In this document: positions 43,892 to 57,703 of the stretch, one piece after another | Layout: the number at the start of each line of letters is the position of its first letter | How positions within the stretch are numbered: position 1 is the first letter of the stretch | From: Schizochytrium sp. TIO01 | Lineage: Eukaryota > Protista > Bigyra: Labyrinthulomycetes | Direction: 5' to 3' | Assembly (NCBI GenBank): GCA_004764695.1 | Contig: SMSO01000025.1 | Coordinates: forward strand, 372,001 to 436,000 | Length of the DNA: 64,000 nt | Notes under the pieces: generated by a model | Database searches by the model: none | Told to the model about the DNA's origin: nothing | The model's input: the letters and a program-made list of their open reading frames with translations, nothing else | Program-made: the position numbers and the translations under genes

Positions 43892-45739
43892 CCTCCAAGC
43901 TACGCACCGTTCTCCACGGTGCCCCCGGGTATGCCGCTTGCAAGGATCCCATTCTGCTGCACCAAAACTGACAGCAAACAGACGTTCGATCTTCTATTGT
44001 TGGAAACAGAAAAGTATTTTTGTTGTTAGTTTTAATTAATAACAAATAATCAGATGAAAAAAAGGGTAATCAGATGAAGAACTGAGAAGCCGAATAGCGA
44101 ATGCGTCGTTTCCTTTCACAGCCAGGAGCTCGCATGTTGGTCGGAGCTCCCTAATGGATTCAGGGGAAAATCTCATCAGGCAACAGGGCAAATCTTGAAG
44201 AGTTTGATAAGGATTAGAGAAAGATAATGGATTGTTTTGGAGAATTCCTTGAGGTGTAAGAAAAGGTGGAAGAAAGTTCATGTTCGCACATTACGAAATG
44301 AGGTCTTAGAACTATGCAAGCTGACGTTGATTCCTAATGCAGATTTATAAGCCGGCAGTGTTGGTTAATCATCGTGACAGTCGTGATGATAGCGCCGATA
44401 TTGATGAGAATAGCAACGCGAGTTTGTTCGTGCGGCGAAAACAAGGTCCAGTAGCTTGGTTCTTAGAAGCGAACTACAAAGAGAGGATTGTACCGATCAG
44501 TTTGAATAGACATGAAAGCGAAGCGATTGGACGGTATCAATTTAGTTCTAGACTATGAGTTCGTTTAGTCTTGAAGAACGTGCGATGCTTGTATTTCACT
44601 AGTGGCGTCTGAAGTCTGGGTGTTTCAATGATTTCTGTCCTAGGCTTCGAAAGAATACTAGTGCGTAGCCCCTGTAGATTCAGAAGGAGAAAGTACTGAA
44701 GTGATGGTAATTTCACTGGGGGAAGAAACGTGTTATCACAAATGCATTGAAATGATTAAACATCTGTAATGGATAAGAGCAACTACCATCTACTCTACTA
44801 GTTAAGTTGATCTCGTGCAGGTGATAGGACGTTCGTTGGGCGAATACACTCTTCAATGTCTGAGTTAAGAAAAGGAAGGTATATCTTATCGTTCTGTCCG
44901 TGATCTGCCACACCAAAACTTTGTCTCACAACAAACTCAAAAGGATGTTTTTTTTATCCAAGCTGTGCTGTGGAACAGCTGGCACTGAGGATACACATTA
45001 TCCTAAAAAAAAGCCACTAAGGAATGCAAGCTCAAATGCCAGAGAGTCAAGGTCATGGACTTCTTAAAAATTTTCATCAAGTATATTATAACTGAGAAGA
45101 AGAAATGTACAGAGACATACCCGTTTGCAATCATGGGATTAAACCAAAGGGATCTTGCATTCGTATTGTTGAAGTGAAAGAATACCAAGTCATGCATGGT
45201 ACTGAAGCGCATATCAGTATTCACAAGCTAGGGCAGTCACAAATCAGTAGAGTGATGATTGGATAATTAGAAAAAAACGAAAGAATACTATATTTTTTTA
45301 GCTGTACCATTTTTGGTTCGTGTAGTGTAATTAGGTAGTAGAACTCAGAATACATAGGTCATCATATTGGTTAGCAGAGTGTAGAAGGGCCTTTCCTGCA
45401 TGCTATGGAAGGCCAAGCCTAAAGCTCTGCACGTATAAGCAAAGTACCTCAGCTGGGTCACACCCTGAGAAGGGGGTACGGGTAGGTCATGGTTTTCTCT
45501 TCGCTAAAAGAGAGATGCAAGCGGGTGTGCCACTTTTGAGGTGCTGTGGCCTGTGCATAACCAATGTGAGATTAAAATACATTGGTGGATACCAGGGGTT
45601 GAATTATCTGGACAGAGAGCCCTAGTGGACGGTCAGGCCGAGTATAAAGAAGTCAGGGGGTGAGTAGTTTTGATCTCCAGCTACGTGCCAAATGGCTACT
45701 TTCATGTGCAGCTAGAGGTGGCAGTTCCATATGTGATGA

Positions 45740-46078
45740 TCAGAGAGCAGAGGGTTTTGGCGCTTTAGCTGGAACTCCGCTAAACACTGGCAATGGGCCG
45801 GCGTGGCACCTCTCGGTGCGACGCTGGCGACGAATGTTTACGCGACGAGGGGTATCTTCGCGGCGAGTGTTGTCGGGTGGGTTTGGGTATGTAAGCATAG
45901 CGGATTCCAGACGAGTGCGGTTTGCTGGTGAAAAGAGAGACCGGGTCCGACGCATTGCCAGAGACGTTGGTGACTGGGAGGGTTGCTCTTCCTCAGGCTG
46001 GTAGAGATCCTCGGTGCATATCTCCATTGAGGGGAACTGGGGCTGCGGTGACAGTGGGCAAATCGGGATCATGTTGCT

Positions 46079-46110
<32 letters not shown>

Positions 46111-46498
46111 TGAAACTTCCAATGATGCTAAAGTTGTCTGCATCATCGTGGCTCGTCAGAATGGGTTTGTTGTCCCAGTCGAGGGTGTAGTGAGAAGCGA
46201 TGACAGGGGCGCTAGTGCCACGGCCCAAAGCAATGGGGCCTTCAACGACGAACTGGTCCTCCTGTTCAAGGCCTGGGTCATTCATGTCTTCTTCGAATTC
46301 AATGTGTTGGTGGCCCTTGAAGGCGAGACCCATCTCGCCATTGAAAAGCTTAGGCACGAAGGAGGACGAGACAGAGGACGAGGAGGTAGTGGAGATGGAG
46401 GCGAGTGTGGCGCTGTCCTGCATCATGTTGTCCTCATAATCCGAGTCCGAGTCATGCATGGTCATGTAGTCGTGGTTACAAGGGTGGAGGCTCCGCAT
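45740..46498 (-). CDS. Hypothetical low-complexity protein, 252 aa
   Basis: ATG-initiated ORF with C-ending codon bias, Ser/Asn runs and a basic C-terminus. A CA-rich leader lies upstream with a probable 5'UTR intron (GTAAGT at 47098 to TTCTAG at 46648). Confidence 0.7.
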
Positions 46499-47595
46499 TT
46501 TTACTTCGCAGGGCTAGCTTGTTGACTATTGTGGCGACTACTCTTAAAAGCTTGTTGTGTGGATATGATTGGCGCTGGTTCTCCTTGGAGTGAAGGTCAG
46601 CGGTTAATCTGTTACGATTGATTTTGCTTGTCGTTTGCAGTCTTCACCTAGAAGGCAGAACTTGGGGCTGTAAGAAGATGCGAGTTCCTGCGACCCTAGT
46701 AAGTACGCGAGCTTCACCTTTTGTGTATGTAGGTCTGCTCAGGTGAGGCCTCTCGAGGTGGTCAACTGTCTTCAACCTTGCTGCCTCCTCTTCGTGTATG
46801 CGTGTATGCGTGTATGCGTGCGTGAGTTCGTTTGCTTGTTCGTTTGTTTGTTTGCTTCTTGATTATAAGTCCAAAGGACGGGGACGCTGACTCAGCTAAG
46901 CGAAGCAAAGCTAGTTAGGCCCGATTCCGCTTTGCTCTAGCTTCCGCCTACGTATGCGAAGCTGTTTTGCGACGAAACTTCCACAGTCAGCTCTTAGTGA
47001 GAGCACTGTGGGGGCTGTGTAGGGGAAAAGAGAAAGACCAGAGGGGAACTCGTGCCAGGCTTCCTGCGCCCTTCGCTCCAACAACAATCACCACTTACTT
47101 CCCTTCGCTCCACTGCTCCGCCCTCTCCTCGCTGGATGCTGCTCTGGTCGCTTCCTCGCAGTCCTTCTACTCCAAAGCTGCAGTTTGCCGACGTCGAGGC
47201 GCCTAAATCCGCCTTTTTGAGTCCTCTTTCCTTCGGAACCTTGCCAGCTGTGGCTCCGCGGCTCGGAGCTCTTTCCGCTAACAACTAAGTAAGTAGGCCT
47301 AACTAGCTAAGCAAATGGGTACTATGAATAGTACACACAATCAATGAATGAATGAATGCAGAAGCAACAGAATAGGCGACTTAGACTGACTGACTGTTTG
47401 ATCAACTGATTAATCAATCAATCAATCAATCAATCGATCACTCGCTTGCAATTCGATTCCTTCTCTGCCACAGGTCCTTCGCTGCGCTGCTCTCCGAGAG
47501 TCCTCGCTTCGCTGTTTGTTCGTTGCGCTTCTGCGGCCGACTTCGCCTTCTTGTTTCTCGAGTTCGAGGTCTGTTGTCTGTTTGCTTCTCAATCA

Positions 47596-47652
47596 ATGTA
47601 TGTATGTATGTATGTATGTATGTATGTATGTATGAATGAATGAATGAATGAA
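47596..47652. repeat. Compound (ATGT)n(ATGA)n microsatellite
   Basis: Direct observation; (TCAA)n lies nearby at ~47412-47434. Confidence 0.9.
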
Positions 47653-50600
47653 CGAATCGATCGATTCTTTCTTTCTATGTTTGTTTGTTTGATAGTTTGA
47701 TAGTTTGTTGTTGATCTGTTTGCGGTTTGATCTTCGTTTCTTCTGCTGGTGGCGAGCGACCGCGTGAGTTGGGCAGGGTCTGTTCGCTTCTGCAGCAGGG
47801 CTGGAGCGCAGAGTCTGCTGGCGCTGTTTATTGATTGGGCTCGAGAACAGCTCGTGCCGACGGCGTTGAGTTATGGGTTTGCTGACCGTGCTGCGCGGGC
47901 GCCGGGACTCCTAAGGCGACTCCTACGGCGCCCTGCTTCGCGCCTATGGTTGGCTAACTCGCTAACTGACCATTTTTTCAACTCGCAAACTATTTTTAAT
48001 TGAAAGAAAGAATGGGAAAGAAAGAAAAAAAGAAAGAAAGAAAAAGAAAAAAGACTAGGTCCTACTGATACTTAAAGTTTTATTATTTTTATTGTTATTA
48101 ATGTATAGTTAATCTATCATAAGCATGGATCTGCATGTGAATAGACACATGTTTTAAAGATTTTAAAAGAAACTCCGGCTAGCTCGTTGTTAATAGTTCG
48201 TTGCGCAAGGAAAGGAAAGGGAGTTTTTTCTTTGTATCTATCTGGCTGTCTGCTGTTCGGAAGATCGCAAGCAGGCGATTTTTCACTAACGAGTGTTGCG
48301 TTGAGGATTGGTTGGACGAAGGAGGTCTTAGTGGCTTGTACCGCGTGTAGTGTTGGCTAAACAAACTGGGGAGATGAATGAGTGAAACTTTCTGTCGTGT
48401 GTGAGTGGTTTGAGATGAAAATAACTATTTACTTTTCATCTTTTTACAGTAAAAATAAATAAATATATATATATATATATGTATATAAAGACAACACAGC
48501 AGAGCCTTCGTAAATCATCATAATAACCGCATCTCGTTAGAATAAAAGAGAAGACCTGTCCAATAGGTATGTCATAATAAGAAACCTCTCATCAAAATGA
48601 CTTTAAAATACTGTGAATTAGACCCTCTTTTATTTAATGCTTCTGGTACCTACATGCAACAAGAAGAAGAAATATTAAGCGAGCGAGCATGAATTAAAAT
48701 CATGGGGAAACACTCCGACAGCTACCGAGTTGTCCGAAGCAAGACGAAGTTCACCATTCTTAGAGTTGTACAACTGTCCTTCCTCTTCCCCAGTGTTGTG
48801 GATTCAGTCGTGGCGAGATGTATTTTAATTCGGAATTTTACATTAATGATTCTTTAACATATACAATATAATCAAATATTTTTTTAAAAAAGAAAAGAAA
48901 AGAAAAAAGAGAAAAAAGAGAAATGTCTAAACCAACTTCAATGTAGCTCCGGCCTGCTACGCGCTTGCAGGATGCACGATGTGTGAGCTGGCTTCTTTTC
49001 AATTTAAACAGCCCACGATGCAGTCGGGGCCGCTATTCTCTTGCCCCCGAGTTGAGGTCATTATGACCAACAGAACATTCTTTTCTCCATCTAAACACGC
49101 TGAAAGTGGCGGCTAAGCCTGTCCCATTCGCCCTGTGCCAGGTTGCCCCTCTGCCCAAATTCACCTTTTAATTTTGAAAAGAAAAGATTTCAATTGTAAA
49201 GTAAAAAGAGTGCGGAGCTTTTTTAAATTTGAATCAAACAAAAAAAAGTAGAAAGGTTTTTAATTAAAATACTGCATGTTTTTGTTAAAATTTAAAACAA
49301 TTTTCAAATATCCTGAGAGGAGGCATGCAAAAATAAAATACACAGGAGAGATACTTCATTTACAAGGAGTAAGTTTCATTCGCCAAAGGAAAGTTAATAA
49401 TCACAATAACATTAAATATTAAATATTATTTTAATTATTCATTATTCACTAAATATTTAAAACAGATTTCAAAATAGTCATGGATTTCATTTTATATTTC
49501 AGGAAAGAAGGAAATGAAAAATTGTAAGATTGGCGAAGGACGACTCGATTGTCTGTCCCATCCATTTTTCTACTCAATTTCAGACTTTTCACGCTTTGGA
49601 AGAGACAACCAGGAAGAGATTACCAAGCGGTTTAAACAATCCTACTTTCGGGCGGTCCGTCCATATTGAATGTGAGTGAGTGAGAAACAAACAATTGTTT
49701 TTAAATTAAGAAATATAAAATATACTCTTCTTTCGTAAAGCTAATCACAGTCGTCGCTCATTTTTATTTCACTAAGAAGCCATTTTGATTCTCTTCTTTA
49801 TCCCTGTCTGACCTACTACATTTTTGTCTTTTTTTATTGTATGATATGCTATGCAGGAGTAATATCACTCTAGCTGCGTCTGTCTGTTTGGATGGGTTCA
49901 TTTCTGTTACACTCGTTTGTGTTTAAAAGTAGAAAATGAATGACCTGTCAAGCCTAGTGAGTTCTACATAATATCGTTATCCGACTCACAAAGTTTTCTT
50001 GTTAGACTCAGTTCGGAGCACAATCGATTTGGAGAAAATCCAACATTATTATGATTAATTAAATACAAGTTATATTTAAAAAAAATACACATTACTTTCA
50101 AGTTTGAGGCATGCAAGTAAAAAATGAAATAGAAAAGAAGAAGTATTTTATTCTCCTTACAAAGCATGGTAGCATAGCAAGTGGTATTTTATTTTAGTTT
50201 AGTTTAGTTTAGTTTAAAATTTAAAAGCCTTATCTAGTAAAAAGAAATCTTGAAATTCGAGAGGGAGAGAAAGAATGGTAATTTATTTCAAACAGAAAAA
50301 GAGCGATGATGGTTGTAGAAATCAACGCGAGCGTCGACTGTTGGAACCAGCAGGCACTTGCAAAAGTCTAATTCCTTTTCCCAGATGATAGTTTGTTGGA
50401 TTGACAGACTGCTGTGATGGTTTTTGTTGGTGCAAACGATCATGTCTGTTGCATGAGTATATATGCATATATAGTTACGCACAAGAACTCGGTAGGGTTC
50501 AGACAAACAGCTCCTACTATGTTCTATGAGACCTGAAATAAATGAATTAACCATTTAAATAAAACAAAAACTAAAAACTAAAAAAAACCGGAAACATGGT

Positions 50601-51944
50601 TCACTGGAATCTCAATCGTTCTATTCACCAAGGGTTTCTTTCTATGGTGCCTTCGCAGGAAAGCGAGCGACTGGAGCGGCTGGCCAACAAGTCGCGCGTA
50701 CCTTTTCTTTTCTTCAAGGCAACGGGAGAAAGTAATATCTCCACGAAAAAGACAAGCGATGGTATCTCTGAAATTCATTGGACATGAATCTGTCTCCGAC
50801 CGGTGAGAATAAAAGGTCGTCGCTCTGCTCATGCGTCAGTAAGTTGTTACCATCTGGCTGACAACTTGGATAAGCGAAATCAAAGCGAGGGTTTGTCGTG
50901 AACAGACGGTTAAGCATGCTATTTTGTTACATGCTCGCCATGCTCTCCCTTGTTTTCAATAAAGAACGAAGGACGCAAGTCGTACGAAGTACCATTGAAC
51001 GACCATGCTCCCATTGCACTCTTCTAGTACCTTTCAATCTTCGACTTTTAGATTTCCTTTCCTCCTTCCTTCCTTTCCTCCTTCCTTCCTTCCTTCCTTC
51101 CTTTCTTCCTTCCCGCTTACTTGCTATTATAAATCAACTCACTGCTCACTCTTTAGGTTCATGATCCCCAATGAAAGCGCTGCAGTGCAAGTCAATAAGT
51201 CCCTCTTGCAGATGTGCTCACTACATCCACCATGCTGTTGTCTCCTAGCTTCAGGCCGATGATCTCTTTTCTTGCGAGTTCGGACTAAAACAACGCAATA
51301 TATTGGGGCGATGACGTTCCAGTGGCTTACGAGTGCATTCAAGATCTTCAGTTCAACGCATTGCGGTATATCAAAGTCATTTGCATGCGATCTGCGAAGA
51401 TTTTGTCCATATTCGGCCCTAAAATATGCCGCCGCCAGAATTGCGCAGTCTTTATATATTGGAGACCATAGATGGGATGCATCAACGATTCCTCAAGCTC
51501 CGCTTGCTTCTTTCGGAATTTGTTTGTCAATCTTCCTCACGAATGTTATGAAACCCTTGCTTTGGAAACCTTATCTTTGCGATAAAACACATTTTCACAC
51601 CAACTTGGATATAACAACTTGAACTTGGTAGGTACTAATTCATGGTTAGCAGCAGTGCGTAGCCTTGCTTTAGAAGAAACAATCTAAATACGGGAAGATC
51701 AAGGAGATCTTGGGCCCACAAGAACTTCACTTCTGCTGCAGGCAACGGACTCTTCGCATGACGCAAAGGTTTCTTTTTCTTTCTCGTCTCAAACCCCCCT
51801 TTATCTGCAATCGCACCACAATCCACCCACGTAAAGTTCGCAGGATACGGCGCTCTGCCATTGAATCCAATCCAAACCAAATATTACATCTCCACAACCG
51901 CCATTGCAACTGCTGAGATGGACTTGTCCTCAATCTCATCTAAA

Positions 51945-51947
<3 letters not shown>

Positions 51948-51995
<48 letters not shown>
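51948..51995. repeat. (TA)n(TG)n microsatellite
   Basis: Direct observation. Confidence 0.9.
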
Positions 51996-52379
51996 CTTCA
52001 GGGAGTACTGCCATCATTCATTGCAGACACAGGTCTGCTCCGCCAGACAGGCTCAGCAAAAGTATCTCTGCCCGGCAGGAGGAGCAGCATCGGGTCGCCT
52101 CGCCGACCGGCCCAGCTCAGGAGCAGGCGCCAGAGCAATCGCAATCCGGTGGATGGGCTGTCTCGATCACTCAGCCACAGCTTTCACTTGGTTCCCTAAC
52201 AGTAGTAAAATTATCACGGTTCTTCTTCGATTTTCCAAATTAGACGGACGCGAGCCCCATACAAGCGAGAGGTGACAGCCAGCATCTGTCCAACCAAGAG
52301 ACCAAAGCCACAAGTCCCTGGAGGGCAGAGCGCAGAGCTCAGAGACCCGTTGATGAAAGAACGACAGGAATGGCGAGAA

Positions 52380-52590
52380 CGACAAGTTTGACAAGTTTGA
52401 CAAAAGGCTGACAAAGGCTGACAAAGGTTGACAACATTGACAAGTTTGACAAGTTTGACATAAGTCTGACAATATTGACAACATTGACAAGTTTGACAAA
52501 GTTTGGCATGTTTTGACAAAGTTTGACATTTTTTGACAAAGTTTGACAACATTGACAAGTTTGACAAGTTTGACAAGCTGTTTCGACAAG
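52380..52590. repeat. Degenerate 9-11-bp tandem array with a TGACA core
   Basis: 22 units: 19 TGACA, 2 CGACA, 1 TGGCA, with variable linkers. Confidence 0.92.
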
Positions 52591-52857
52591 CGTGGATGGG
52601 CAAGAAAGAGGCCGTTGCTCTGGCCCACGACCATGTCGCGGAGGGGCAGCGGCAGCAGGTTGTCCACGAGCCACGAGGGCTTTCGTTGAACCATGTCCCG
52701 GGGATCCTGCCGCCCGATGTGCATGGGAGTAGACGAGTTACGAATGCTTGGTTCGAGGCGGAGGGGTGCACCTTGGGCGAGGTCCACCGGTTTCTGTGGA
52801 GGAGCCCCTGCGAGATGAGGGCGCTGTTGCTGCCTGCGCCATGCGGCTCGTGGCCTT

Positions 52858-52913
52858 TCATGTGATGTCATGTGATGTCATGTGATTCATGTGATTTCAT
52901 GTGATGTCATGTG
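52858..52913. repeat. 9-10-bp tandem array of TCATGTG(A)
   Basis: Six copies at 52858, 52868, 52878, 52887, 52897 and 52907. Confidence 0.92.
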
Positions 52914-53453
52914 CGCTTTACCAGTTCGACTTGATCTGCTGCTCGCCGTCTTCAGGGTTTCCGTTCAATATTTCAACATCCCTTGAGCAGCAGTCCGGCG
53001 TCAGTCGATGCCGTTGATGTTGGCTCTCTCTCGGACGCCGAAGCGGAGGAGGAGGAGGAGGCGGAGGAGGAGATGGGCTCCTACCGTCGAGTCCTCCCCG
53101 GGCGCCATCGACTTGTTACAAGCCATCAATTTGTTTGTTGGCGCCCAATGCGACTTCCGGGCACACCGAATTCATTTGGTCTGCTGCCTGCGTGGTCTTG
53201 CGCTGCTTCTTCGTAGTCTGCAGACCAAATTGCTTACAGGGGCGAATGCCTCACTCACGGCAATCCATCGATCCATCAATCCATCAATCCATCAGGTAAG
53301 TTTCTTCGCGATGGCCATCTGTCGCGGCGATCGGGCTAGCGATCGAGGTGGAGAACCTTGGCGCTACTCCGGCTGGACTGGCTTTGGTCGAAGCTCCTGT
53401 AATCCGCTCCGTTGGAAATGCAAATGAGAACGAGAATGAGAATGAGAAGGAAA

Positions 53454-53483
<30 letters not shown>
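53454..53483. repeat. (GCTT)n microsatellite
   Basis: Direct observation. Confidence 0.9.
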
Positions 53484-53484
<1 letters not shown>

Positions 53485-54465
53485 CGTTGGCTTGGCGGCC
53501 TCCCAGAGATAGAGATTGAGATTGGGCTGCCTCCGTGCCAGGTCTCCTTCTACTGCTTGAGGAGAACTAGCTGGCCGGTCAGGTGTCGAAGAAGGCGGTA
53601 CGGGGAGGATGCCTTGGCCGCCTGAAATCGATTGCGACTGCGGCAGTCTCCCTGGTCCCAGGTTTCAAAGTACGGGAGAAAGAAGCCGCGCAAGGGGAAG
53701 AAAGCAAGCAAGGAGTTTACATGCATGCATGCATGCATGCATGCCATTTATTGCAGCATCATTCGTGACCAGCTAGCTGCCCAGCTGATTCATGAAAGGA
53801 TGGATCGCGATGCTCTGGCTCGTGTACAGCAAACTCACGTCTAAAGCTGGTGGTGCCTAGTCGATAGGCTTTCGCAAACAAGCAGGCAATCTATCTCCCC
53901 GATGGATTAATCAATTAAATAGCACATAAGCAGCATCGCGAGGTTTCACAATTTGAGCGTGAGTTCATATTCCCAAAGTCGAGAGAATTGAACTCCAAAT
54001 TGGTAAACAAACCATCCATTAATGTGATCAATCCATCAAACAGCCAAATCAGTGAACGAATGAATGAATGAATAAGCAGACGAATGCCGCCTTGGATCTA
54101 GCCTCAGCATGCAAGAATCGAAGTCGTCAAAAGTCAGCCTCAGACTTGTAATTAACTTAAAGTCGAAGGCAGCTCGAGCGCGCAGGCAGGCGTTTGTTGT
54201 AATTACAGTGCCGGCGTGCGTGTGAGGCGACGGAGCTCCAACGCAGCGATGGTGCTGCACAACAAGAACAAGCCAAGCTCAAGTAATGAACGATAGATAA
54301 TAACTGAGCACTCTTCCTCCAAAAGGAGCTCTGGAGTTCCGAGGGACGCTCGTTATTTCCATCTTTCCGACATCTTCTCTGCAGGAATTGCCAGGAGCCG
54401 GCGGTCATAGAGTTGCGGCTAAGGGGCGCTAGCTGGGAAGACGGAAGCCACGGCACAACAGAAAC

Positions 54466-54466
<1 letters not shown>

Positions 54467-54498
<32 letters not shown>
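54467..54498. repeat. (AGTT)n microsatellite
   Basis: Direct observation. Confidence 0.9.
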
Positions 54499-57400
54499 GG
54501 TTGTAAAGAGGCGACTTTCTTTTACAAAAATAAAATATAAAGTATAATGTAATGTAATATAATGTAATGTAATATAATAAAATAAAAAGGAAGAAACAAG
54601 AATTTATGTTATTTTAAGAAGGAATATGCGTCGATGCATAGAATACTGTCGCTTGAAGAACAGAACAACCAACAGCCGAATTGAAGCGGTCAACTCGAGG
54701 CCAACCAACAGACATTTGAGACTCCGACGCCGCGAAGAGAGCGAGGAAGTTATCAGACGAGGTCAATGCCAACAAACTAACAATCAGAAAAGGCCTTCCT
54801 GGGTCGGGAATTGGTTCTTTGGAGAGAGGCGATTGACTCCTTTTAGAGGAACATGCGGCGGTGATGCTAATGTTGCACTAGGGCGCCTACCACCTAGCGA
54901 GGTTGAAAAGTGGTCACATTCTTTCTTCGATCAGGTTGAGACGATGTATACAAAAAGGCTCGCTCACCTTGGCAAACTCCATGGCCACTCAAGCTGGGAG
55001 AACATTTGTGGTTGGTAGAGGCAATTGAAGAAATACACGGGTGATTGTTTTGGCTTGACTTTTTACCCAAGTTGCTAAAAGATTTTATCAACTTAGCACC
55101 TCTGACTAGTGCGAGTGAAACTACGCCATAGACACCTCGAATGGTGAGCAAGCTTAGTTTTTAATATAAACACAGAACAAAAAGAAAGACCTTAGTTTAA
55201 CAAGAAATGATGTCAGTGAATAGAAATGAAACGGAATGGAAAACTGAAAAGGAATGAAGATGAAAATTAACTGTTTTTAATAATCAACTGGGTGGTGGCT
55301 CACAAGATTGATGCTATATAATGTTTTGACTTTAGTTTTCTATTCATAATTGCGCTAAAGAGTGACTACGTGCCCAGGCCTGATTGCTGGAAGGGATAGG
55401 TCGGATAATTGCAAATGTTCTCTCGTGACGCAGTCAACCTAGATTAAAAAATGTGCTACAGAATCTGAGGATTTGTACAGATGTTTGAGATCTGTGCCTT
55501 GCAAGTTGGCGTGCACCTTGGAATCGACTACATACTTATTTCTTTTGTTACAATAAACGCATACAGTTTCTCCTTTCACTCTTTATTGATGACACTAGTT
55601 GCTACCGTATTTTACCCGAACAAACTGATTTTCCAAATTTTAGAGCGCCCAATATTCTAGTTAGCTTGCATACAGTGGGTGCGTTGAAGTTTGGGTGGGA
55701 CTATGCTTACAACCCTCAAATGATATTGAGCCTTCATACGGAAGTGCATACTTCCGACAGCTAAGGAACAGGGATCAAAGGCTGACTTTCATGAAAGTTG
55801 GCAGAATCATGAAAGTCAGCAGAAACTTTAGCAATTTCAAAATATTGATTTTGTACAAAGATGAAGAATTCCGTAACTATGTGCAGGCTATAGATAGGCC
55901 GATGCTAATAGGTATGCATGCGACTTTATTTTTGCTTACCTACTATTTTATCGGGTTGAAAGTTTAGACGGTCTTTGTGAGATCTCGCAAACCCAGAGTT
56001 TTACACTGCAAAAATGAGCGTTTTAATTATAGGATGACCAGGCGTCCGAGCCCATCTCCTGGTGGGAATCATTCGTTTTGATTGGGCTCTCAGCTTTGTT
56101 GTGTCGTTCTGGAAAACATCGATTGTCTCTCGCTCGCTCGCTCATTTAATATAATATTTTATACAAAATGCTCACCCACAAAGAATGCTCAAGTTTGAGT
56201 TGATTGGGAGCACACAATTTTGAAGAGCCAGGTCGAATACAAGGGCCAAAAGAAGTGGGCCCTTTTCTCTTTTCTTGTAGCCTCCTTGTTCTCATTTCAG
56301 ATACCTATCATAAAAAATATTTATGCTCGCTCGTTTTGGTTGATCTTACTACTTTAGATGGTGGTGGGTAGTGGCATAGAGGTTAATGCCTGCTACTTGC
56401 AAAACGTGAAAATATGCAACCCTGTATTCTTCAAATTTAGTAAGATTTGCTCCTTTACACGACATAAAGAAAGCTAGCTCCATTGCAAGTTGCACTAGAT
56501 CTCAGACACTGTTTCTGGGCTTCAGTCGTGTCCTGCAACAAATGCCTGGCACGCTGCACGGGGGTAAATTTAGAACCACGCGGATTACAAATCCTTCTCA
56601 ATAAAGATCGAGACCACAGCGAATGAAAATGTATTACAACGGCTATGGATGCTTGCCAGGCTCGCTAGTTGCCCGACTTAAAGACAAGAAAAGATTTTCA
56701 CATCATCCTCAGTTCTCTACTAAAAATTAAGTTGTGCCAAGCATGCTGCATGCCATTTGGACCAAAGCGATATCAACTGCATCACCCCCCCCCCCCTTAG
56801 ATTTATTACGACTTGCTTAAGTTCCTGCTTCTACCAACACCGCTGCTGCTGCCGCTGCTTCTGTAATTACTTCTTCTCTTAGAGCTCAGTCCCCGGAAGA
56901 TAAATCAGCAGCTGAAGCTGCACAGCCAAAATGCGAAATCGTCTGCTGTCCAAGGGCGCAACACGTCAGATCTTGTAACGAGTGCCCCAGCGAAGCTTGT
57001 TAAGCTCACATCATTAGGGAAGCATACTACTTTCCTGCAATGCGTTCTTCCCCGACCCTGTTCCATCTAACTATCTCACACGCCAACTTCTTAAGCTCTT
57101 TTTCCAAGTGACACTCACTCACTCACTCACTCACTGCACTCGTCGCAGGAGTTGTAGAATGGGGTAGAACAAGAACAAGTCTTTTCGTCACTCTCGCGCA
57201 AGAAAGGAAAGCAACCTCTGTGCCTCTTCGTGGTCTTGCCAGTGCGTGCCTCCTGCTGCCCCACGTTTGGTAAGCTCCCTTCGTCCTCGCGAGATCCGAG
57301 ATTACAGCGCTGGCATGATGGACGTCCAAGCCCTGGCACTTTGTTTCCCTAATACCTCAATCTTGGGCCAATCCGCATTCTCACGAATCTCGCTCGCCAA

Positions 57401-57634
57401 CTCGTGCCACGCTGCCATTCATTCATTCATTGCATTCATCCATCCGTTCACACGTTCGAGATGGCGTCCATAAATCTATCTTCTCCTCCTGAATACCTGG
57501 CAAGCAAGCTACCCCCAGCACGTTGACCCCATACCCCAGCACGTCTGCAATCCGGAACCACTTCCTCTTCGAGCGCCGGAGACCTCAAGGTTCCTACCTC
57601 TCCTTACGCTGACCTCCATCGCTGCCTACGCTCT

Positions 57635-57703
57635 GCTCTGTAAGAAGGCGATCTGTAAGAAGGGCTCTGTAAGAAGGGCTCTGTAAGAAGGGCTCTGTAA
57701 GAA
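57635..57703. repeat. 14-bp minisatellite GCTCTGTAAGAAGG x5
   Basis: Direct observation; the core TCTGTAAGAA is invariant. Confidence 0.9.

Noticed and set aside
52167-52871. Overlapping 110-234-aa ORFs with CQTCQ or LVKLVK repeats
   Set aside because: All three minus-strand frames are open because the TTGTCA repeat and GC-rich spacer lack stops. No domain is recognisable and the repeat units are not consistently multiples of three.
56550-56600. tRNA-like anticodon hairpin GGA-TTACAAA-TCC
   Set aside because: No T arm, B box or acceptor stem.
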